The notes: generated by a model from the letters alone, not told the origin. 64,000 bases of DNA from Nitrosopumilus sp. (GCA_965224195.1 OZ245040.1:1504001-1568000); one strand, 5' to 3'; positions 1 through 10,274 are shown, counted from the first letter of the stretch. A program made the numbers and translations.

Positions 1-167
1 AGGTTCCCTTGCAGGTCATAGTGAAATTATGCCAAAAAATACAATTTATAAATCCTGGAGTATTATTCATCTGGACTAGATAATTCAGCACGCTAGCGTA
101 ATGATTCACCAACCTAACGCAACACTAGCTTGAAATGGGAGCAAATTACTCAAAAGGATTCAAGATG
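1..167. repeat. Diverged copy of 11885..12066 (5' end of small Zn-finger gene plus IS-like end)
   Basis: aggttcccttgcaggtcatagtgaa...caccaacctaacgcaacactagcttgaaatggg...caagat aligns to 11885-12066; the second copy has an extra 16-bp tandem duplication. Confidence 0.9.
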
Positions 168-1064
168 CAAGGCAGTGGATGCAAAATGGTTCTGCAAGCT
201 TGTCAAGACCTGAACTGTAAATCTTGTTCTGAATCGTCTTCATGCATGTTTGAATTCTTTACACAGGAATTCCAGGATTGCTAATTTGTCATGGATTATT
301 TTGGATAACTTGATTGTCTTTCTCAATAATTATATGAAATTAGTTTTGGCGGCAATAGGTTTGCAATCACCTTGATTGTTATTTTTGGTAGTGTTTAATC
401 CAATCAAACTTTTCTAGTCCCTCATTTAAAATATCAGTCATAAATTTACAGTGTCTACTAAGGTCTGAAAAATATGTATGTGTAGCAGAAATTATTTCTT
501 TTTGAACAGCATCATCATCATTATCATCTGATGCGCTCAGGTGTTGAGACTTGTCCCTTAAAACATTCTTCCATGTGTCGTAACTGTTATGCAGTTTATC
601 ATTATATGCATCAATGGCTTGGTGTATATTTTTGACAGATTTTATTTCATCCAAACTTAATTTTATCAATGATCCGCTGTCTTCAATGGCTTTCCAGAAA
701 TTAAATTCCAGCGGTATGTAAAATTTCGCTACTATTTTCTTATCCATTTTTTTAGAAACCAATTCCTTTACAAAAGACTGAATATTTTTTTCAGATTCCA
801 AACAAGGTTCTACACGTGCCAAACGCTTATCCACGAGATCATAAAGTCGTTTAAAGTCATCTTGCAACAGCTGTTTTATTTTTTTTATCTCTCTTTGGTC
901 CTTTTTACGCTCCCAAAAAATTGAAATAAAAAACCCAAAGCCAGCTCCAAGTACTGCTCCAATAAATGCAATTCCCAGTGCTTCAAGGGCCGTCATCCAT
1001 TGGCGTTTCACCTATATGTCTAATGAGTTTTCTGCATTGCATTATCCATAAGAATATTTTTAAA
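119..1064. repeat. 946-bp segmental duplication, colinear with 10277..11222
   Basis: Constant offset 10158, no indels, from gcaacactagcttg to aagaatatttttaaa. Confidence 0.95.
379..1011 (-). CDS. N-terminally membrane-anchored hypothetical protein (paralog of 10537..11154)
   Basis: 210-aa ORF; hydrophobic ALGIAFIGAVLGAGFGFFISIFW followed by basic residues and a helical domain; true start may be the Met at 996. Confidence 0.8.
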   Translation of the reverse strand: MKRQWMTALEALGIAFIGAVLGAGFGFFISIFWERKKDQREIKKIKQLLQDDFKRLYDLVDKRLARVEPCLESEKNIQSFVKELVSKKMDKKIVAKFYIPLEFNFWKAIEDSGSLIKLSLDEIKSVKNIHQAIDAYNDKLHNSYDTWKNVLRDKSQHLSASDDNDDDAVQKEIISATHTYFSDLSRHCKFMTDILNEGLEKFDWIKHYQK

Positions 1065-1120
1065 ATAAAAAGAGGGAGTGGTGTTGTTTGCTGTCAGCTT
1101 TGCAATGTAAGGCGTTGGTA

Positions 1121-2245
1121 ACCCTAACTGAACCACTCTGTCACCCAAATTTACCATCAGTTGAAAATCCGGCCTAGTTTTGACCAAAGTATCAGATAAC
1201 ATAGCATTCAAAAAATGCGGGATGTCATTTGCGCGACATGTCTGCGCGTACTGTATGCTGCAAATAGCTCATTGCCTTTGCTTCCTCCAGTTTCATTGCA
1301 TCAAGTATCTCCGGGTTTTGCAGCTTGCCTGACGGCGAGGGCACAATCCATATGGTTGCAGGCTCTGCCAGATCAGGGGACGGCCTGTCATATATGCTGC
1401 CATACATATCCTTTGCATGCTGCAATGCGCGGTCCCTCTCATGGGATATCATGCCGTCATAGTTTGAGTTTGCCCTCCTTGATCTCAATTTCAGCTCTAA
1501 AAGCTGGTGTATGCTCATCTAAACTCATGTGTGGTTTTATGTAATTGTGGCATAGTTTGATTCCTGTAATTGCTGGTGAATCATCTTTTTTCAAAACCTC
1601 GTTCTATATCTAATTCATGTTGTGCGAATGCCCTGGTTGCATTATCATCCCAATCTACTTTGTTCATACTATATGTTGATTTTTAGGTTAATTATATTAT
1701 TTGCGATCATTTTACTAGAGAATAAAAAATATTTCACAATATTGGGAATTGATAGTAGTTTAAGGTTCAACTAATTTTTGAGATGAAATTTGGATTATGT
1801 AGTTTGCGATCAAAATTATAAAGTTGATTATTGGAATTTAGTTTTAGATCGTCACATTTAATATCCAATTGGTAATATTTTCCATTTAGTTGGATCAGAA
1901 TACAGGAAATAACAGCATTCAAATTTATCGATATAAAAAAGAGATCCAGTTATCATATGATATCATTGAAGAGAAAATCAGCAGTGAAACAGAACACAAA
2001 TATTCTTTAAAAATAAAAAAAGATGAAAAAACTAAGAGATATTCTTCTACTTTTGAGTTTAAAAAAAGAACTTCAATTAAAGAGAATGAAGACTTGTTAT
2101 GGTATGGCGTTGATGCACAAAGAGAGACAGAGTCAGAAGTTCTAAGTTTACATCATAATGTGTGTTTTAGTAAAAAAGGATTTTTAATAATTACTGGAAT
2201 GACTAATAGAAATACATTGTTAAAATATCTTGTAGATTTACTACA
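1121..2245. repeat. 1125-bp near-identical duplication of 47613..48737
   Basis: Offset 46492; only two mismatches noticed by eye. Confidence 0.95.
1225..1518 (-). pseudogene. C-terminal fragment of the surface-protein family seen at 36719..37940
   Basis: RANSNYDGMISHERDRALQ...EPATIWIVPS...DAMKLEEAKA aligns with the C-terminus at 36780..36983. Confidence 0.65.
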
Positions 2246-2618
2246 TCCTCAAAAATATGTATTTGAACCAAAGTATTTGAGTAAAAAAGAAATTCAAGAA
2301 TTTACAAACAAACTTCTAAAAAAGAAGGTCAATAAAATATATCAACCAAGATTCCGTTTTTCTGAGAGATATAGAAAAAGAGAATTTAATGATTTTATTG
2401 TAGGTGAGGATGAATGTGCAACAGATGATAAAGAATATCCAAAAATGATGAAAAAATGCTCTTATTTTGAACCAGTGTTTAAGATTAATAAAATAAATGA
2501 CGATGATATTATAACAAAATTCAAAGTGAATCATGCAGGACGTCTTTATAGTTCACGTGCATTAACTTTTGAGCAATGGATTAGTTTGATTAAAAATTAC
2601 TTATCTTGGTGTATGTGA
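1890..2618 (+). CDS. Hypothetical protein (low-GC island gene)
   Basis: 242-aa ORF; truncated copy at 48382. Confidence 0.7.
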   Translation: MDQNTGNNSIQIYRYKKEIQLSYDIIEEKISSETEHKYSLKIKKDEKTKRYSSTFEFKKRTSIKENEDLLWYGVDAQRETESEVLSLHHNVCFSKKGFLIITGMTNRNTLLKYLVDLLHPQKYVFEPKYLSKKEIQEFTNKLLKKKVNKIYQPRFRFSERYRKREFNDFIVGEDECATDDKEYPKMMKKCSYFEPVFKINKINDDDIITKFKVNHAGRLYSSRALTFEQWISLIKNYLSWCM

Positions 2619-2658
2619 TGATGATAAAGTTTTTACTTAGTAAATTCTAATATTAATC

Positions 2659-3147
2659 ATGAGTGCAGAAGAGCAATTATCATTATCATTATCTGTTATT
2701 GCAATTGTGTGTATGATTGCTATATCTACACTTCAATTAATGTTCAAGTTCTATAATATCAAAAAAGAGAGAGATGTAATGATTAGTGAAGCAAAAATAC
2801 TTTGCATGGATCTTAAGAGGATATTAACAGATTGTGACAAAGATAATGAAGAAGAGATTTATGAGATTGAATTATCTTTAGCATCTTATTTTAAAGATAA
2901 TAGTTTAAGATTAAAATTATTGGCAGATAAATTGGCAGAATCCCAACCATGGTATTATAAAAATTCTGAATTAAAATATATTGGAAAATTACTTGACTGG
3001 TTGATCAGTGATTTCTATGATGCTACATCTGATGAAGAAGAAAGAATACGCATATGGTCACAAAACGTTCAAGGTTTTCATATCAGATATTCACAATCAT
3101 TTCATAAAGAATCTATGACGATATCACATATACAAAACAGATCGTAA
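2659..3147 (+). CDS. Hypothetical protein with N-terminal TM helix
   Basis: 162-aa ORF, LSLSLSVIAIVCMIAISTLQLMF; co-oriented 40 bp after the previous ORF. Confidence 0.7.
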   Translation: MSAEEQLSLSLSVIAIVCMIAISTLQLMFKFYNIKKERDVMISEAKILCMDLKRILTDCDKDNEEEIYEIELSLASYFKDNSLRLKLLADKLAESQPWYYKNSELKYIGKLLDWLISDFYDATSDEEERIRIWSQNVQGFHIRYSQSFHKESMTISHIQNRS

Positions 3148-3771
3148 TCACATTCACTTATTTGGTGTTGTTTTTATTTTACCTGCCAAAAAATTATCAA
3201 TAACCGAGTTTGCATAATTTATTTGGTTTGCCGTCCATTGTGTTGTCATAGTTTTAGATGATATGTTTTTAGGTTTAAAGTTTTATCCAATTAGGGTTGT
3301 CCAATATAATGCATTCATAATGTGGAGCAGAAAATACAACTCCAGACTGTTTTACGTACTGCAGTCATAAGTTTTTAGTGAATGGATCATTTGGGAAACT
3401 TGCGCTTAATAATCTTGTTTGCTTCTTGTTTTGACAGATTATGCATGCCATCCGTCGTGACAGTAAGGTGGGTGTAAAATTGCAGTGCTTCCCCGCCTAT
3501 CTCCTTTTGGCATATATCACACATCATACCTTGTGATGATCCGTATGCGTGATTTAACTATTTTGGATGGACGTCTGTGCAATGTACTGGGGCATGACTT
3601 TTGCGCATCAGACAGAACATAGTTTTCATAAAAGGCACATGCAGCAGCAGATTCAGATGCGGTTGCATATGTTTGCTAACGTATCAGGCGCTATGATATG
3701 CAGCGTTGCATTTGTATTGTTTTTATCCCTGATAGTGACCATCCCATATGCTTTGCCTTTTGGTCATATGG

Positions 3772-3871
3772 TTTTAAAAATTCTTTAGTTGTGTGCTTTA
3801 CAATTACAGGCTTATTTTTTTAAAAATTCTTTAGTTGTGTGCTTTACAATTACAGGTTTATTTTTTTAAAA
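3772..3871. repeat. 46-bp tandem duplication
   Basis: ttttaaaaattctttagttgtgtgctttacaattacagg(c/t)ttattt twice, bounded by ttttaaaa microhomology. Confidence 0.9.
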
Positions 3872-4004
3872 TCGTTTAGACAGTGTTATAATCCTACTTG
3901 AATTAGAAAAAATTAGGATATACTCGTATTCCTCATTGTCATTGTACAACCATTCGCCATTCTCAAATACTGCAATACCGCCAAAGACCTTCTTCTTGGG
4001 CTTG

Positions 4005-4235
4005 TTATCTCTGATGTATCTTGATAATCTCTAAAACTATCTTGATGTGTTTGCAGTCTGCTTTTCTGCAATTATGATCCTTACACTCACATCTTAAACC
4101 GTTATCAGTCTTTGATATAATATAATGATTATTAGGATTTGACTGCGATCTAACCTTGAATTTGTCATGGTCAATCTGGGAACAATAGCCTATAATTTCC
4201 ATCATTTGTTTAGCTCTTTGTGATCTTTGATTCAT
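4005..4235 (-). pseudogene. SWIM zinc-finger N-terminal fragment, probably of an IS6-family transposase
   Basis: FKVRSQS...CECKDH...CKHIKIV (CxC-xn-CxH); lies among IS6-type ends. Confidence 0.6.
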
Positions 4236-4430
4236 GAAAATACCTCAAAAATTATAAAGTGGCAGAAAGAATAATGCTCAGTTCGTAACAAGTTCATCAT
4301 AGGCTCTGCCAAGCCTTTGATTTTCTTTTTCATCATTGCACAATTCATACTAATAGTATTTACTTTTAGTAATATTAACCTTATTATTGGAGTAACTACT
4401 AAAGGTAAATAATGGTAGTGATAAAACGGG

Positions 4431-4817
4431 ATGTATGCAGGTGTAACAAATGTAAAAATGAATGGATTCCAAGAGGTAAAGATTTACCTATATGCTGTGG
4501 AAAATGCAAATCACCCTATTGGAATCAATAATAAAACGATCAAATTTTCTTACCAATTAAACTCAAAATTTCATACCTTTAATTCTAAAAACATATTAAC
4601 TGATAACAACGTGATTAAATTGGTGTATAAAATGAGTTCAAAAAATCCTAGAATCCTAGTGGAGTTTCCATCTGTTGATTGTACAGAACGTGGATTTGAA
4701 ACCCTTTGTTCATCCCAGCGTAGTTTCAACTATGTGGGAAAGGACAGATACGAAATAACTCAAATTCAATTGAATGCATTAGATATACAGGGAATACCAT
4801 ACAAAATTATTCCTTAA
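4431..4817 (+). CDS. Hypothetical protein (IS passenger candidate)
   Basis: 128-aa ORF; real start may be the downstream Met (MSSKNP). Confidence 0.5.
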   Translation: MYAGVTNVKMNGFQEVKIYLYAVENANHPIGINNKTIKFSYQLNSKFHTFNSKNILTDNNVIKLVYKMSSKNPRILVEFPSVDCTERGFETLCSSQRSFNYVGKDRYEITQIQLNALDIQGIPYKIIP

Positions 4818-4833
4818 TTTTTTGTGATTTAAA

Positions 4834-5199
4834 ATGTTTATTAATAAATACACTGTTCAAATGACAATTAGTTTTGTGAGAACAAAAAATTTTAAAAATA
4901 CTAAACTTGGATTTACTTTTCACACGATAATAGAAGAATCAATATCTGATTTGAAACCTGATGGTAATGGACCAATTAAGGAAAGAATAAAAAATCCAAA
5001 GTTTGTCATAAATAATATGGGTGGTAATAATCTTGAGTGTATATTAAATATACCAATATCTGATTTTGATGGTGCCATGAGGGAATTAATAGTTCAACTC
5101 ATATCAAAACTTAAGAAAAATTTCCAAAAATGGGGAAAATACAAGATTCAAATTAATGGTTTATCAATCTTGCAGAATATAGATGATGTAAAATTATAA
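4834..5199 (+). CDS. Hypothetical protein (IS passenger candidate)
   Basis: 121-aa ORF. Confidence 0.55.
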   Translation: MFINKYTVQMTISFVRTKNFKNTKLGFTFHTIIEESISDLKPDGNGPIKERIKNPKFVINNMGGNNLECILNIPISDFDGAMRELIVQLISKLKKNFQKWGKYKIQINGLSILQNIDDVKL

Positions 5200-5266
5200 A
5201 TTCAAAATGCTAGTTTACACAAGGAAAATTCAATTTAGAGAAAATTCATATTTCGGGTCTCGATAA

Positions 5267-5375
5267 TGCAACAAAACCCGCAGTTCCTTTTTACCCAACA
5301 ATTAAAACCATTTTACACAATTAATAAATCAGCACCCGAAGATGTTACAGAACCCTATTTTTGGGTTCTGCCAGC
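5267..5375. mobile_element. Cluster of IS6-type terminal inverted repeats, including a head-to-head pair
   Basis: tgcaacaaaacc (5267-5278); gatgttaCAGAACC-ctatttttg-GGTTCTGccagc (5341-5375); resembles the IS257/IS431 end GGTTCTGTTGCAA. Confidence 0.65.
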
Positions 5376-5411
5376 TTGTCTGGACTTGTCTTAAATTCTT
5401 GACAGATTCTA

Positions 5412-5540
5412 ATTTTATGAAATTGCCATGAATTCTTCTCTCCATTTAATCTTGAAATTAGTAATTCCACAAACAATGTCACTTGTTCCGTCATATCTGC
5501 ACAGCCTGTTCCTAAATGTTTCTGAATTGATTCTAAATTA
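5412..5540 (-). pseudogene. IS5-family transposase 3' remnant
   Basis: Nucleotide similarity to 13320-13445 (..CRYD..SDIVCGITNFKIKWREEF). Confidence 0.75.
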
Positions 5541-5556
5541 ATTTATAATTGTATTT

Positions 5557-5774
5557 TATTTTTTTATAGTTATCATAATATTGTCAGAATCTTTTATTTT
5601 ATAGTTATCAGAATCTTTTATTTTATAGCTGTCATAATATTGTCAGAATCTTTTATTTTATAGCTGTCATAATATTGTCAGAATCTTTTATTTTATAGCT
5701 GTCATAATATTGTCAGAATCTTTTATTTTATAGCTGTCATAATATTGTCAGAATCTTTTATTTTATAGTTATCA
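5557..5774. repeat. 35-bp tandem repeat (about 6 units, some partial) at 3' end of PKD-like gene
   Basis: ttttattttatagctgtcataatattgtcagaatc at 5616, 5651, 5686, 5721 plus partial or variant units. Confidence 0.95.
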
Positions 5775-7314
5775 CTAATGGCTAAAGTAAAATTATATTT
5801 TCCTATAACATCAGGTGTGAATTTAGACACAGATTGAGTCGGGTTTGTTATTTTTGAATCTGTCAAAGTGCTTTGTATTGGAACATTGCCAAATATTTCC
5901 CACACATAATCCAAAGAATGATTTAAAGAATCCTTACTTTTAGAACCGTCAAGTATTATTTCAGCAGAGTTTAGAGTAAAATTAGCGGTACCATCAGTGT
6001 AGGTTTCATTCTCCCCAGCATTTGCATGAATTGAAGATATTGCAACATTTGATGAATTATTGCCTGACTTTCTGCCATCACTAACAGCTAGGTTAAATTC
6101 AAACATACCTGCAATATCAGGAATTGTAAAAGTTGGTTTTGCAATTGTTTTATTCATTAGAACATCTAAACCTTTTATTTGTGTCCAAGTATAGAATAAC
6201 TTTGAATCATCTTGATCATTGCTTTTAGAACCATCCAAAGTTATCAATGCACCACTTGGAAAATGCCCTCCAGTTCCAGCGTCAGCTACTGGTGGATTGT
6301 TAAAAGAACCTTTAGCAATTGGCAGTACATAAAATGAAACCAGCTTGTTATCTCTTTGTTTCCCAAACACAGAATTTATCTCCAAAGTGTATTGCCCACG
6401 AGTGTTGGAATTATCCGGTACAAGCCAGCTGTTAGCATATGAGCCAGATGCAGAAGTCACACCTTTGAATTTATGAACTGTTTGGCCATCAGGATTCTTT
6501 ATGGTTCCATCTATTGCAACATCAGATAGTACATTTCCTACAAAAGAGTTGTAGTCATCAACATATTGATGCGTGCATCATCAGTAACTAGTATATCATA
6601 TCGCAGCGTATTTTTCCACTCTACATGATGCGGAACAGAAATGTATACCTTTGTTTTCTGTACTGTATTTACAACATCTTTTTTTGGATCCTACTTTGCC
6701 GTCTTTTTAAAATCATCAGTTATCAATTTCATACCCGTCTGTTTTTGTGATTCCTTCCAGTCCTCCATAATGCCATGAGATGTCTTGCCATTCATATTCT
6801 TTGTATTTTGCTCTGCAATTCTTTCCAGCCTGTCATCTGATATCTTTTTTGCCTCTGCTGTTTTTCTCTCCTTTTCTAGCAATTGTTTTTCTTTAAAAGC
6901 CATGTCATGTTCAGACTTGACAGACTCTAAAGTTTTTTGATTCATTTCATCCAACAGATTGCGCTGTGCAGTGTTTTTTGCAGGCTCTGATACATCAGAC
7001 AAGAACCTCAATCTGACGCCATCATCATCATCTGCAAGCTTTGCAATTATCAGATACTTGTAATCTGCTACTTGTTTTGCCAGAATTTTTATATCATTAT
7101 CAAATATGTACAGCTTTTGATTTTTATAAATTAACTTTATGTCATCCCATGAATACTGGACATCCTTGTGTGTTATCTTGCCTGATGTTGTATCGCCCTG
7201 AATCTGCATGTGTATTTTAGAATCATGATGCGACCCCCTGATATCTTCAGAGTAAGATAACGGAATAAAACTGGACAAAATTAGCAATGCCATAAAAACA
7301 TAAAGCAGTGCCAT
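5723..7314 (-). pseudogene. Secreted/surface protein with two PKD/REJ-like Ig domains, split by a nonsense codon (6691) and a frameshift (about 6575)
   Basis: Signal peptide MALLYVFMALLILSSFIPLSYS; frame continues past the TAG (DPKKDVVNTVQKTKVYISVPHHVEWK); NNPPVADAG...TLDGSKSND...YTWTQ motifs. Confidence 0.75.
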
Positions 7315-7481
7315 GTGGTCTTGTTACTGCGTGATTATATCTGCATTGTGCTTTAGTCTGACACATCAAAGATACATCATAATAAAATTAATGATATGTT
7401 GTGATGTTTTTTATTTAATTCGTGCTATATCAGTGAGATCAAGACATGTGCGGGATGATAAGAACAAGCTAGGATCGCCAA

Positions 7482-7829
7482 TCATCCTAGCTTGTCATAT
7501 ATGATTTTTGTAAACTGCCCAACCATTGCAGGGTTTGGGGCCTCGTCATATCTCTTGAGGGCATGCAAAACTCTCTGATTAATTTTGTACAAGAGCACGG
7601 CATTTGCATCAATGACACTGCACGTCTCAGAATCCAAGTCGCCAGGCGGCGTTTTATTCTCAAGATCAATGCGTCTCTTCTCCATGTGAACCTGGTTGTC
7701 AGACTTGCCACAGCTTTGGTCTTTGCACCAGTGATCATTTACTTTGTATATGGCATCACCGGCTCTGATTTGTACGCTGCAGACCTTGCAGGTGCTGTCA
7801 AACCTTGAGGCCATGGATACGGCAGACAT
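7482..7829 (-). CDS. Provirus-like hypothetical protein with Cys motif
   Basis: 115 aa, CKVC...HWCKDQSC; abuts the nuclease gene. Confidence 0.6.
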   Translation of the reverse strand: MSAVSMASRFDSTCKVCSVQIRAGDAIYKVNDHWCKDQSCGKSDNQVHMEKRRIDLENKTPPGDLDSETCSVIDANAVLLYKINQRVLHALKRYDEAPNPAMVGQFTKIIYDKLG

Positions 7830-8528
7830 TTAGTTTATCCTCCTCAAAAACTCTAGATATTTTGTTGGCGAGTTGTCAGTTGATTCAGGCAAATAAAACA
7901 TTTGGATTGTCTCAAGCATCTCATCTGCATAGTCTGCAAACTTTACCTTGTGTATCCTGCACTTTCCGTCCTCACATGACTCTATGATGACGATTTGATT
8001 TGCAACAAAATTTGTCTCCTCATAATGCATAAAGGCATACATTGCAGCCTGCAGATACCACACGTCCCGTCGTTTGCCGTAGCGAGGCTTTCGCGTCGTC
8101 TTAAAATCAATGACGGATGAGACGCCATCATATGCTGCAATGACATCTGCAGTTCCGGCCACTTTCAGGGTGTCAGACTTCATAATTTTTTCCAGTCCCC
8201 GAACATCGGATATTTTATTGAGATGTTCTGAAATCTGTGACACGTGTGCTGATGCAACCAGGCCCAGCTTTGTCACATTTAGTCCTGAAAGTTTTTCATA
8301 GAGAGCCTGATGTACTGCTGTTCCAATTTTTGCCGCATTGTTTCGTCTGTCATTTAATGCTTCTTGCGACAGATTCACATATTGCATCCAGGACTTGTCC
8401 TGCATCGAATCAAGCAGGGTTGTAGCTGATGCATAGATTGAATCATCATGAGAGTAATATCGAAAATCATTCTCATCATGACAAATTATTTTTTCCTCTT
8501 GAATTTGTATTTGATTCATATCTATCAT
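7830..8528 (-). CDS. PD-(D/E)XK exonuclease (viral RecB/YqaJ-like)
   Basis: Y.SATTLL, GTAVH, AGTADVI, VIDFKT, LQAAMYA motifs; no Cas4 C-terminal Cys cluster. Confidence 0.85.
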   Translation of the reverse strand: MIDMNQIQIQEEKIICHDENDFRYYSHDDSIYASATTLLDSMQDKSWMQYVNLSQEALNDRRNNAAKIGTAVHQALYEKLSGLNVTKLGLVASAHVSQISEHLNKISDVRGLEKIMKSDTLKVAGTADVIAAYDGVSSVIDFKTTRKPRYGKRRDVWYLQAAMYAFMHYEETNFVANQIVIIESCEDGKCRIHKVKFADYADEMLETIQMFYLPESTDNSPTKYLEFLRRIN

Positions 8529-8605
8529 ATACTAATACAGTATATATATACCTATTCAGTATATTTACCCATTATGTATATATATGACAAGGAATAAAAA
8601 ATAAT

Positions 8606-8749
8606 ATGAGTAAAAAAGTAGATGGCGACTACTACAGGCATGAGTGCAACAGATGTACATTCATTTGGTACAGCTTGAATTCAAACCCAGGCACATGCAA
8701 CAACCAGTACTGCAGATCTCCATACTGGAATAAAAAGAGAGTAAGATAA
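8606..8749 (+). CDS. Small Zn-ribbon protein, virus-like
   Basis: Hand-translated 47 aa MSKKVDGDYYRHECNRCTFIWYSLNSNPGTCNNQYCRSPYWNKKRVR. Confidence 0.7.
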   Translation: MSKKVDGDYYRHECNRCTFIWYSLNSNPGTCNNQYCRSPYWNKKRVR

Positions 8750-8922
8750 AAAAGAAGGCGATGATGAGAGCCGTGACTTTTGATTCTCCTCATTTTAAAA
8801 AATGATCTGAATCATTTCCCGAGCCTTCTTCTTTTTTAACATTCATAAAATCTTATAAATTCTTCTATGAAAGTTCGATTCAAACTGGCTTTCTTTTGCA
8901 AAAGCTCCGTCTTCTATTTTGT

Positions 8923-9110
8923 TTTTTAATGGGGCCTCACCAGGAGGTGAGGAAATTATGAGCATGTTTGTTTGCTTGCTTGCCTGCCCTAGCTTCAATA
9001 TTTTGCTTCAATGGGGGCCGTAACAACAATACGGAATATTTGCATGATTGACCTGCATATGGCGGCATGTTTCAATCTTGCTTTAAACGGCCCGCCTGTC
9101 TACAGCATCA
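8923..9110 (-). CRISPR. Degenerate CRISPR-repeat-like mini-array (type I-G-like hairpins), no cas genes nearby
   Basis: Minus strand: ATTGAAAC-29nt-ATATTCCGTAttgttgtTACGGCCCCCATTGAAGC-aaaat-ATTGAAGC-35nt-ATTTCCTCACCtcctGGTGAGGCCCCATTAAAAA. Confidence 0.55.
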
Positions 9111-9382
9111 TTTCACTTGGGCATAAAACTATCAAATCTGGCAGTTTTCTTAAATTTGCGGGATTAATTTTTCAGGCTTTAAAACTGAAAATGAATTAAT
9201 TGAATTCAATAATCTCTAAATCTTCACTCCAAGATACAATTACTGTTTGGATTTCTTGTCCATCTGTATTTTGAGTGGATTGTGTGATAACTACTGGTGT
9301 CTCATCAGTAAGAGCATGTACTTGATTCATTATAATAAATAAAATTCATACATTATTTAAGACTTGCTCGGTTATTGTGAGA

Positions 9383-9820
9383 TTACTGTTTTGGCAGAGT
9401 AACCTGTATTGACGCCTGTGCATTAATATTGTATATTCTGTCACCGTCTGCATTATAGACTTTAGTTCTGGAGATACCTCCCAAAGTAGAATGTATTAGA
9501 ACACGAGTATTATCATCTAAAATATATTCATTCACCTCATATGAGATGGTATCGTATTGAGAATTTTCAACTTCAATATTTTTTATTAAATCTTCTTCAG
9601 TCCATTTAGTTTGATTTTTCTCTCCTTGTAATGAAACATCACATAACATGACAGTAACCATTTTAATATTCACAGAATAATTCTTTTTACCATCTTTCTC
9701 AAAATACCATGCAGACTCTAATATAACTCGTGTTTTCAATTTACTGCCATCTCTAAGACCATATTTATTCCAAGGTTCTTTAACTATCTCAAAATCTAGA
9801 TAATTTCTAGTATCTGCCAT
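9383..9820 (-). CDS. Hypothetical protein (probable start MADTRNY)
   Basis: ORF track 9383..9922; V.EPWN.Y.L.DG motif repeated internally (YEVNEYILDD). Confidence 0.7.
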   Translation of the reverse strand: MADTRNYLDFEIVKEPWNKYGLRDGSKLKTRVILESAWYFEKDGKKNYSVNIKMVTVMLCDVSLQGEKNQTKWTEEDLIKNIEVENSQYDTISYEVNEYILDDNTRVLIHSTLGGISRTKVYNADGDRIYNINAQASIQVTLPKQ

Positions 9821-9969
9821 ATTTGTTCTTATTATTTTGTACTTTAAAATGTTTATGATAGTGCTTAAGCTCCTTTTCAATATCTGAGAGTTGCGTATAA
9901 AATTCATCATTTTTTGCAGCAAATGCTTTTTCTAAATTTTTCTTACTTTTCATAATATCCTACCATTTC

Positions 9970-10155
9970 TCATTTACTACCAGCCTCAAGAGACACTTTA
10001 TTTTTACACATCTTGAATAGCAATGAATTAGGACTAGCTAATGATTTAATAATTGGTTTAGGTATTCTGCAAATCAAACTTTCTGATCCATCTCGATTCT
10101 TGTTTTTACTTAGAGATACATCAAATTCCTTGGCATCTTTTGCCCACCTTGTCAT
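9970..10155 (-). CDS. Small AbrB-like DNA-binding protein
   Basis: 61 aa, SLICRIPKPIIKSLASPNSLLF. Confidence 0.6.
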   Translation of the reverse strand: MTRWAKDAKEFDVSLSKNKNRDGSESLICRIPKPIIKSLASPNSLLFKMCKNKVSLEAGSK

Positions 10156-10199
10156 GATGAAATATTCTCATAAAACTATATAAAATAACCGATCTGTTA

Positions 10200-10274
10200 A
10201 ACTTGACGGTGATAACAAGTGGAAAACCATAATTCAAAACTCCATCTAATAGGTCTCCAAGATGTTACAGAACC
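10200..10274 (+). mobile_element. IS6 transposase 3' tail plus terminal inverted repeat
   Basis: LDGDNKWKTIIQNSI* matches the C-termini of the 41107, 42009 and 44506 transposases; followed by gatgttaCAGAACC. Confidence 0.8.

Noticed and set aside
1215-1544. 109-aa plus-strand ORF (also 47707..48036)
   Set aside because: The opposite strand matches a recognisable family C-terminus; repetition is due only to the duplication
3772-3871. Fourth spacer-like insertion
   Set aside because: Simple 46-bp tandem duplication with microhomology and no foreign insert
5557-5774. CRISPR array
   Set aside because: Contiguous 35-bp units without spacers; derived from coding sequence
7830-8528. Cas4 / cas operon
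   Set aside because: Lacks the Cas4 Fe-S cysteines and no cas1, cas2 or effector genes are present in the window
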